Origin: the human T2T-CHM13v2.0 reference genome, Homo sapiens
DNA length: 64,000 nucleotides
Assembly (NCBI RefSeq): GCF_009914755.1
Contig: NC_060947.1
Reading direction: 5' to 3' (one strand)
This document shows positions 9,290 through 21,500 of this stretch, one piece after another; the stretch's first letter is position 1, and the number at the start of each line of letters is the position of its first letter. Made by a program: the position numbers and the translations under genes. The notes under the pieces are model-generated. The model saw only the letters and a program-made list of their open reading frames with translations. It made no database searches and was not told where the DNA came from.

Positions 9290-11250
9290 AACCCCAGACC
9301 CCCTGCTCCACCCTCCGAACCACAGGGAGACCCCATGCTCCACCCCTGAAAACCACATGCAGACCCCCGCTCCTCCTCTTAGGGCCATCCCCAGACCCCC
9401 CCTCCTACCCACGGGACCACACCCAGAACCCCCAGCTCCTCCCCTCGGGACCACCCCAGACCCCCGCTCCTCCCCTCGGGACCACCCCCAGACCCCCGCT
9501 CCTCCCCTCGGGACCACCCCAGACCCCCGCTCCTCCCCTCGGGACCACCCCAGACCCCCGCTCCTCCCCTCGGGACCACCCCCAGACCCCCTGCTCCTCC
9601 TCTTAGGACCATCCCCAGACCCCCCCTCCTACCCACGGGACCACACCCAGAACCCCCAGCTCCTCCCCTCGGGACCACCCCAGACCCCCGCTCCTCCCCT
9701 CGGGACCACCCCAGACCCCCGCTCCTCCCCTCGGGACCACCCCCAGACCCCCTGCTCCTCCCCTCGGGACCACCCCAGACCCCCGCTCCTCCCCTCGGGA
9801 CCACCCCAGACCCCCGCTCCTCCCCTCGGGACCACCCCCAGACCCCCTGCTCCTCCTCTTAGGACCATCCCCAGACCCCCCCTCCTACCCACGGGACCAC
9901 ACCCAGAACCCCCAGCTCCTCCCCTCGGGACCACCCCAGACCCCCGCTCCTCCCCTCGGGACCACCCCCAGACCCCCGCTCCTCCCCTCGGGACCACCCC
10001 AGACCCCCGCTCCTCCCCTCGGGACCACCCCAGACCCCCGCTCCTCCCCTCGGGACCACCCCCAGACCCCCTGCTCCTCCTCTTAGGACCATCCCCAGAC
10101 CCCCCCTCCTACCCACGGGACCACACCCAGAACCCCCAGCTCCTCCCCTCGGGACCACCCCAGACCCCCGCTCCTCCCCTCGGGACCACCCCAGACCCCC
10201 GCTCCTCCCCTCGGGACCACCCCCAGACCCCCTGCTCCTCCCCTCGGGACCACCCCAGACCCCCGCTCCTCCCCTCGGGACCACCCCAGACCCCCGCTCC
10301 TCCCCTCGGGACCACCCCCAGACCCCCTGCTCCTCCTCTTAGGACCATCCCCAGACCCCCCCTCCTACCCACGGGACCACACCCAGAACCCCCAGCTCCT
10401 CCCCTCGGGACCACCCCAGACCCCCGCTCCTCCCCTCGGGACCACCCCCAGACCCCCGCTCCTCCCCTCGGGACCACCCCAGACCCCCGCTCCTCCCCTC
10501 GGGACCACCCCAGACCCCCGCTCCTCCCCTCGGGACCACCCCCAGACCCCCTGCTCCTCCTCTTAGGACCATCCCCAGACCCCCCCTCCTACCCACGGGA
10601 CCACACCCAGAACCCCCAGCTCCTCCCCTCGGGACCACCCCAGACCCCCGCTCCTCCCCTCGGGACCACCCCAGACCCCCGCTCCTCCCCTCGGGACCAC
10701 CCCAGACCCCCGCTCCTCCCCTCGGGACCACCCCAGACCCCCGCTCCTCCCCTCGGGACCACCCCAGACCCCCGCTCCTCCCCTCGGGACCACCCCAGAC
10801 CCCCGCTCCTCCCCTCGGGACCACCCCAGACCCCCGCTCCTCCCCTCGGGACCACCCCAGACCCCCGCTCCTCCCCTCGGGACCACCCCCAGACCCCCTG
10901 CTCCTCCTCTTAGGACCATCCCCAGACCCCCCCTCCTACCCACGGGACCACACCCAGAACCCCCAGCTCCTCCCCTCGGGACCACCTCAGACCCCCGCTC
11001 CTCCCCTCGGGACCACCCCAGACCCCCGCTCCTCCCCTCGGGACCACCCCAGACCCCCTGCTCCCATTTTCCAGACCACACCAGACGGCTTCTTCCCTCG
11101 GCACCACCCCCAGACTGCCGCTCCTCCTATCGGGACCTCCTCGGGGCCATCTCCAGACCCTCCCCCCGCTCCACCCCTCGGGTCCCTCTCGGGACCACCC
11201 TCAGACCCCCGCTCCTTCCCTCGGGATCACCTCGAGACCTCCCGCTCACC
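9290..11250. repeat. GC-rich 30-33-bp hypervariable minisatellite (DXYS14/29C1-like) with a 480-bp higher-order unit
   Basis: Core unit GGGACCACCCCAGACCCCCGCTCCTCCCCTC; sequence lines at 9421, 9901 and 10381 are identical. Confidence 0.92.
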
Positions 11251-11419
11251 ACCATCATTCAGGCCGGGTAGTGGGGAGAGGCCTCTCAGGAGGGACCAGG
11301 CCACCCTCCCAGGAGTGAAGGGAGGAGGACAGAGTCACGAGCAGACCAGAAATAACCAGGGACTGACAGACAGCAGGATCGGAGAGGGACGGAAAAGGGC
11401 TAAGGGCAGGAAAAGTCCC

Positions 11420-12560
11420 TGAGGCTTTCTCCACCCGGAGTGCGGGGTAGGGAGCAGACGGAGAGTGACGAAGGGTGACGGAGAGTGACGAAAGTAGACG
11501 ATGTCTGACGGAGAAGAGCCGAGCGGAGCTGAAGGGCGGCGGAGAGCGACGGAAAGTGGCGAGAATTGACGGAAAGTGACGGGGACTGACGGACAGTGAC
11601 GAAGAGTCACGAAATTTATCAGAGGGCGACAAAGAGGAAAGCGAAATGGTGAGATGCAGCCGGCCGAGCCTATTCGGAGATGACGGAAAGTGACGGAGAG
11701 GAACGGGGAGTAAAGAGGGGTGACGAAAAGAGCCGAAGCTGGTGGAGGCGAAGAACTGAGTGAGGGAAGATAGCCGAGATTAGCGGGTGGGCTGCAGCCG
11801 GGGCAGTCGCCCGAATGGGCGGGACCCCACGGAGTTAGCGAGAGGATGCGAACAGCGGCCAGCCGGGCAGCACGCGAGCGAGGGAGGGCGTGGAGGGCCG
11901 TGGGTCCGCCTGCACTGAGGCAGGCATGGGTGGCACCGAGGTGACCCGGGTGGGAGGTGCACCGCCGCCCACTCGCAGGTTCTGCGCGGAGCCCAAGCCC
12001 GTCTTCTCCGCCCCTTTGCAGACCTCGGCGCCCAGCCTGGCCCCTGACGCCCACCCGCGGCCCCACCCAGCGCCCGGGCCCACGAGGCCGAGGAGCGGCG
12101 GAGGCTCGCGGCCCCTGGACCGCAGACCGCGTTCCCGGAGCCCGGCCGAGCCCCGAGTGGGGCCCTCGCGCGGACTGAGAGGGCGGCGGAGGGGCCACGG
12201 GGTCCTGCCCAGCCCGCATCGCGCATGCTGCTCGGGACCGGCGGCTGCCTTGGGCCAACCCTGTTCCCGCAGCGGCCCAGCCCCGGGCGGGAGCCGACCT
12301 GGGGGACGCGGGACCCCGCGCGAGCTGCTCGGCCTGTAGGGGGCTGCGCGGCGGGGCGGGGCGGGGCCGGCCGCGGCGCCCTCGCTCCTCGCCCTCCCTC
12401 TCTCCCTCCCTCTCTCCCTAAGACACTTTTTCTTCTTTGTGGCACAATATACAAAACACGGAGTTTGCCATACTGGCCGTTTTCAGGGCGCAGGTCGGTG
12501 GGACTGAGCACATCGCGTGGTGCGCTCGGCGCCACCGTCTGTCTGCAGAACGTTTGCACC
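11420..12560. promoter_or_regulatory. CpG island with GC boxes and an NRF1-like site; candidate promoter
   Basis: Dense CpG; GCGCATGC at 12221-12228; GGGGCGGGGCGGGGC at ~12353-12367. Confidence 0.7.
11455..11730. repeat. Degenerate 10-bp TGACG array, proximal copy
   Basis: GAGAGTGACG AAGGGTGACG GAGAGTGACG AAAGTAGACG ATGTCTGACG, and later GGAAAGTGAC GGGGACTGAC GGACAGTGAC. Confidence 0.85.
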
Positions 12561-12646
12561 TTTCCAAGCTGAACAGCTCTCCTTTCCGCCTCCCCCAGCC
12601 CGTGACAACCTCCCCTCTACGTTTCGTCTCTCAGTTTGACCTACTA

Positions 12647-12913
12647 GGTACTGAGGTCCCCTGGGTACTGAGATCTCCTCGGTACTGAAGTCTCCTCGGT
12701 GCTGAGGTCGCCTCGGTGCTGAGACCTCCTAGGTATTGAGGTCGCCTCGGTACTGAGGTTGCCTCGGTGCTGAGGTCGCCACGGTGCTGAGACCTCCTAG
12801 ATACTGAGGTCTCCTAGGCACGGAGATCTCCTATGTACAGAGACCTCGTCGGTACTGAGGTCGCCTAGGTACTGAGACCTTCTAGGTCCTGAGGTCTAGG
12901 TACTGAGGCCTTC
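12647..12913. repeat. 17-bp minisatellite, about 16 copies, consensus GGTACTGAGGTC(G/T)CCT(C/A)
   Basis: Tandem units GGTACTGAGGTCCCCTG, GGTACTGAGATCTCCTC, GGTGCTGAGGTCGCCTC, GGTGCTGAGACCTCCTA and others. Confidence 0.92.
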
Positions 12914-13313
12914 TCCTGTCGGAGGTGGGAAACTACTCAGTGGTAAAGCAGAACCAAGACCTTCCTCTGAGGGTGGTGGGCTGAGCTGTCTCTTCCTTTC
13001 TAGGGGCCTTGTATTCACGCCATGAGAGACCCCCCTACTCTTCTGACACGTTCCCATTTTGCTGAAGACACTTGGAGCCAGTGTCATCTTTGTGACTGTA
13101 CCGTTGCGTGTTCGGGGTGCACTCTGCCGTATTCTCTTTGCAGAGCACCTAAGGAAGCAGGCGTCGTGCCTAAGAACGTGAGTGCTGCAAAAAGGGTGGT
13201 TTGTTCCAATCCAACCTTGACCGCTCCTGGCCCTCCCACATGGGTCAAGTTCACTAAACGTCTCTGTGCCTCCATTTCCTCGGCAGAAGAACAGGGACAG
13301 TAAATGTACCCGT

Positions 13314-13650
13314 CTGTATGAGTGTTCAGGGCCGCCATAAGGTACCAAGACTGGAGGGCTTCACTGAAAATTATCTTCCCACAGACCTGGAGGCTGAGGT
13401 CCGAGAGCAAGGTGTTGTCAGCAGGGCTGGTTTCTCCTCTCCTCGGCTTGCGGACGCCGTCTGGTGTACGCTCATAGGGTCTTTTCACTGTGCACAAGTA
13501 TCCCTATCGTCTCTTCTGTGTGTGTCCACACTTCCTCTCATGAGAACAGCAGGTTGCTTTAGGGCCCACCCTGACAGCCTCGTTCTAATACTATGAGGCC
13601 AAATACACTCACGTTCTGAGGCAGTGGGGGTTAGGGCTTCAACATCGACA
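13314..13650 (-). mobile_element. Old MaLR LTR (MLT1B/C-like)
   Basis: CAGGGCCGCCATAA...CTGGAGGCTG...CAAGGTG...CAGCAGGGCTGGTTTC...TTAGGGCCCACCCT...CCAAATACACTCACGTTCTGAGG...GGGGTTAGGGCTTCAACAT. Confidence 0.75.
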
Positions 13651-13651
13651 T

Positions 13652-13735
13652 CCGAGACTGGGAGATGATAAATTCCTGTTGACGAACCCACCCGGTTTCT
13701 GGTCACTGGTTATGGCAGCCCCCAGGAAACCAGCC
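13652..13735 (+). mobile_element. MLT1 3'-end fragment, opposite orientation
   Basis: GAGATGATAAATTCCTGTTG...CCACCCGG...GTTATGGCAGCCCCCAGGAAAC resembles the MLT1 terminus. Confidence 0.55.
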
Positions 13736-13892
13736 CACAGAAACAGCAGTCCCTCCACTTGGTTCTGATCCAGGATGAAGCTGTTGTAGACCGCCAGCGT
13801 TTGGGGAATGTGAATGCCTGATACGAAGGAATTCTTTGCGCCATATTGTTGCCTTAATGTAACTGTGAAGTTGCGTCAAAATAAACATTAAT

Positions 13893-14221
<329 letters not shown>

Positions 14222-14829
14222 TCATATATATTCTCGCCAAGGCGACACACCAGCTAATTACTGTGTCGACTCCTTTGTTTTGGGCTCGATTTTATGAACT
14301 TGGTGCAGTAACACCTGCCGTTTACCTCTGGCCTATCCAAAGCCCAGATAAGCACAGGCAACAAAAGCACAAATAGACAAATGGTCCAACTTCGAGGTTA
14401 AACATTTCTGCACAGGAAACAACAGTGAAAAGGCAAGACATGGAATAAGAGGAAATAACTGCAGATTATATGTCTGGTACGTCGGATATTCGTCCAGCAC
14501 ATATAAAGAGCTCCTGCAACTGAACAATTGAAAAACAAGTTAACTGATTGAAAAATGAGCAAACGACCTGAATAGATATTTCTCCAGAAAAGATATACAA
14601 GTAGCAAACAAACATGGAAGGATCCTCAACATCAGTAATCATTAGAGAAATACACATCAAAACCACAGTGATAGCACCTCACATCCATGAAATGCTACAG
14701 TGAAACAAAAATAGTGTTAACAAGGATGTGTGGAAATTGGAGCCCTCGTGGATTGCCTGTAGGACTAGAAAATGGTGTGGCCACCGTGGAAAACACTATG
14801 GAGCCTCCTCAAAAAAGCACTAAATATCA

Positions 14830-15491
<662 letters not shown>

Positions 15492-15624
15492 TCACATTAC
15501 TTCTCCGACTAAATCCAAAAAGATTGAAAGCAGAGTCTGGAAGGGATTATTGCACAACCGTGGTCGTTACAGCAGTATTCACAATAGCCAAAAGATGGAA
15601 GCAGCCCGGTGCCCATGATCGCAT

Positions 15625-16580
<956 letters not shown>

Positions 16581-16929
16581 GCATGACTGGAAAAAGAAAA
16601 TGTGGTTCATCCATATAATGAAATATGAATCAGCCCTAAAAAGGAAGGAATGATGAGACAGGCTACCACATGGACTCACCTGTTGTTAACAAGATAAGCC
16701 AGACAAAAAAGTGCTGTGTGATCCCACTCCTATGAGGTCTCTGGAAGAGTGGAATTCATAGAGACAGACAGTAGAATGGTGGGTGCCAGGGGCCGGGGGA
16801 ATGGGGCACCCTGGTTTGATGTGGACACAGTTTCTGTTTTGTAAGATGAAGAAGTTGTAAACATCTGTTATACAACAATGCGGATATGATGAACACTGCT
16901 GAAGTGTATCCTTAAAAATACTTTAAAGG

Positions 16930-17238
<309 letters not shown>

Positions 17239-17280
17239 TTATGTTATGTGGCTTTTACCTCCATTAAAAATAAAAATAAA

Positions 17281-17580
17281 GGCTGAATGTGGTAGCTTAC
17301 CCCTGTAATCCGAGCACTTTGGGAGGCCAAAGCAGGACGATTACTTGAGCTCAGAAGTGTGAGACCAGCCTGGACAACTTGGTGAGACCCCATCTCTACT
17401 AGAAATTTTTTTTTAATTGGCTGAGTGTGATGGTGTGCACCTATAATCCCCAGATACTCAGGAGGCTGAGGCAAGAGGATTGCTTGAGCCTAGGAGCGGG
17501 GGGCTGTGGTGAGCCATGATGGTACCATTGCACTCCAGCCTGGGTGACAGAGTGAGACCCTGCCTCAAAAAAAAAAAAAA
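17281..17580 (+). mobile_element. Old Alu (AluJ-like)
   Basis: Diverged dimer with GAGGATTGCTTGAGCC, GAGACCCTG and an A-tail. Confidence 0.9.
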
Positions 17581-17729
17581 ATTAAATTAAGAAAAATTTA
17601 AAAGGCCAGGCTAATGATATATTTCTTTTATTAATAAACGTGGGAACCTTAATTTAACATAATGTCAATAAACATGATTATGGTTCTTCCAAATTTGGGG
17701 TCCCTGGTGAGAGAAAAAGAATAAGATAG

Positions 17730-18038
<309 letters not shown>

Positions 18039-18504
18039 TCAGGGTGAAGAATTTGGATACTGCTTGACTGGAGGCCACCTGGGGCCACTTCAGCTCTAGT
18101 TTCTGTGGTTTACGGCCACAGTGGTGTCTTCCCTGCAACGTTCTCGTGGGTGCCGTATTGACAAAACATTAAAACGAGATGGGGTCCCTGCGAGACTCCC
18201 GAGGGAGGGAGCAGGAAGATCCGTGCGGCACCGCGAAGGTACAGCATGTTCTCCACAACTCTCCCAGGCCACAAAGAAAGATGAGTCAGTGGGCTCTGAA
18301 TTCTCCAGCACAGACAGGGGACGAGTCAAAGGGCTCCCAATCGGACTTGAAGAGATCACGCAGGAAGTCCTGACGTTCACGGCGAGCAGGGCTCTGTGTA
18401 GGCCAACATGCCAGCACTGTGAGGATAATATTTTTTAATCCCCCGTTTCCTTGAGCGGCCCCAGAAAACTTACACACACCCTGTTCTGCAGACTCCTGGG
18501 AGTG

Positions 18505-21500
18505 TAGGTCTCATTAAGGGCAGATAGAGACCAGACTGTGCAACCTTTAGAATCTGCATTGGGCCTAGGTCTCATTGAGGGCAGGTAGAGAGCCGACTGT
18601 GCAACCTTTAGAGTCTGCATTGGGCCAAGGTCTCATTGAGGTCAGATAGAGAGCACACTGTGCAACCTTTAGAGACTGCATTGAGCCTGGGTCTCATTGA
18701 GGACAGATAGAGAGCAGACTGTGCAACCTTTAGAGTCTGCATTGGGCCTACGTCTCATTGAGGGCAGATAGAGAACAGACGGTGCAACCTTTACAGTCTG
18801 CATTGGGCCTAGGTCTCATTGAGGGCAGGTAGAGAGCCGACTGTACAACCTTTAGAGTCTGCATTGGGCCTAGGTCTCATTGAGGGCAGATAGAGAGCAG
18901 ACGGTGCAACCTTTAGAGTCTGCATTGGGCCTAGGTCTCATTGAGGACAGATAGAGAGCAGACTGTGCAACCTTTAGAGACTGCATTGAGCCTGAGTCTC
19001 ATTGAGGACAGATAGAGAGCAGACTGTGCAACCATTAGAGTCTGCATTGGGCCTAGGTCTCATTGAGGGCACATAGAGAGCAGACTGTGCAACCTTTAGA
19101 GTCTGCATTGGGCCTAGGTCTCATTGAGGACAGATAGAGAGCAGACTGTGCAACCTTTAGAGTCTGCATTGGGTCTAGGGCCCATTGAGGGCAGACAGAG
19201 AGCAGACTGTGCAAACTTTAGAGTCAGCATTGGGCCTAGGTCTCATTGAAGACAGATAGAGAGCAGACTGTGCAACCTTTAGAGTCCGAATTGGGCCTCG
19301 GTCTCATTGAGGACCGATGGAGAGCAGACTGTGCAACCTTTAGAGTCTGCATTGGGCCTGGGTCTCACTGAGGACAAATAGAGAGCAGACTGTGCAACCT
19401 TTAGGGACTGCATTGGACCTAGGTCTCATTGAGGACAGATAGAGAGCAGACTAGGCAACCTTTAGAGTCGGCACTGGGCCTAGGTCTCATTGAGGACACA
19501 TATAGAGCAGACTGTGCAACCTTTACAGTCTGCATTGGGCCTGGGTCTCATTGAGGACAGATAGAGACCAGACTGTGCAACCTTTAGAGTCTGCATTGGG
19601 CCTAGGTCTCATTGAGGGCAGATAGAGAGCAGACTGTGCAACCTTTAGAGTCTGCACTGGGCCTAGGTCTCATTGAGGACAGATAGAGAGCAGACTGTGC
19701 AACCTTTAGAGTCTGCATTGGGCCTAGGTCTCATTGAGAGCAGATAGAGAGCATACTGTGCAACCTTTAGAGTCGGCATTGGGCCTAGGTCTCATTGAGG
19801 ACAGATAGAGACCAGACTGTGCAACCTTTAGAGTCTGCATTGGGCCTAGGTCTCATTGAGGACAGATAGAGAGCAGACTAGGCAACCATTAGAGTCGGCA
19901 CTGGTCCTAGGTCTCATTGAGGACAGATATAGAGCAGACTGTGCAACCTTTAGAGTCTGCATTGTGCCTGGGTCTCATTGAGGACAGATAGAGAGCAGAC
20001 TGTGCAACCTTTAGAGTCTGCACTGGGCCTAGGTCTCATTGAGGACAGATAGAGAGCAGACTGTGCAACCTCTAGAGTCTGCATTGGGCCTAGGTCTCAT
20101 TGAGGGCATTTAGAGAGCAGACTGCGCAACCTTTAGAGTCTGCATTGGGCCTAGGTCTCATTGAGAGCAGATAGAGAGCACACTGTGCAACCACTAGAGT
20201 CGGCATTGGGCCTAGGTCTCATTGAGGACAGATAGAGACCAGACTGTGCAAACTTTAGAGTCTGCATTGGGCCTAGGTCTCATTGAGGACAGATAGAGGG
20301 CAGACTGTGCAACCTTTAGAGTCTGCATTGGGCCTAGGTCTCATTGTGGACCGATACAGAGCAGACTGTGCAACCTTTAGAGTCTGCACTGGGCCTAGGT
20401 CTCATTGAGGGCAGATAGAGAGCACACTGTGTAACCTTTAGAGTCTGCATAGGGCCTCGGTCTCATTGAGGACCGATAGAGAGCAGACTGTGCAATCTTT
20501 AGAGTCTGCATTGGGCCTGGGTCTCATTGAAGACAGATAGAGACCAGACTGTGCAACCTTTAGAGTTTGCATTGGACCTAGGTCTCATTGAGGGCAGATA
20601 GAGAGCAAACTGTGCAACCTTTAGAGTCTGCATTGGGCCTAGGTCTCATTGAGGACAGATAGAGAGCAGACTGTGCAACCTTTAGAGTCTGCACTGGGCC
20701 TAGGTCTCTTTGAGGACAGACAGAGAGCAGACTGTGCAAACTTTAGAGTCTGCACTGGGCCTAGGTGTCATTGAGGACAGAAAGAGACCAGACTGTGCAA
20801 CCTTTAGAGTCTGCATTGGGCCTAGGTCTCCTTGAGGTCAGATAGACAGCAGACTGTGCAACCTTTAGAGTCTGCATTGGGCCTAGGTCTAATTGCGGAC
20901 AGATAGAGAGCAGACTATGCAACGTTTAGAGTCTGCATTGGGCCTGGGTCTCATTCAGGACAGATAGAGAGCAGACTGTGCAACCTTTAGAGTCTCTATT
21001 GGGCCTAGGTCTCATTGAGGACAGATAGAGAGCGGACTGTGCAACCTTTAGAGTCTGCATTGGGCCTAGGTCTCATTGAGGGCAGATAGAGAGCAGGCTC
21101 GGCAACCCTTAGAGTCTGCATTGGGCCTAGATCTTATTGAGGACAGATAGAGAGCATACTATGCAACCTTTAGAGTCTGCATTGGGCCTAGGTCTCATTG
21201 AGGACACATAGAGAGCAGACTGTGCAACCTTTAGAGTCTGCATTGGGCCTATGTCTCATTGAGGACAGTTAGAGAGCAGACTGTGCAACCTTTAGAGTCT
21301 GCATTTGGCCTAGGTCTCATTGAGGACAGAAACAGACCAGAGTGTGCAACCTTTAGAGTCAGCATTGGGCCTAGGTCTCATTGAGGACAGATAGAGAGCA
21401 GACTGTAGAAACTTTATAGTCTGCATTGGGCCTAGGTCTCATTGAGGTCAGATAGAGAGCAGACTGTGCAAGCTTTAGAGTCTGCACTTGGCCTAGGTCT

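Noticed and set aside
11255-12688. ORFs of 259-307 aa over the proximal CpG island
   Set aside because: Stop-poor GC-rich DNA; the paralogous frames differ in extent and show no recognisable domain.
12647-12913. Mini CRISPR or iteron-like array
   Set aside because: Contiguous 17-bp units without spacers; an ordinary minisatellite structure.
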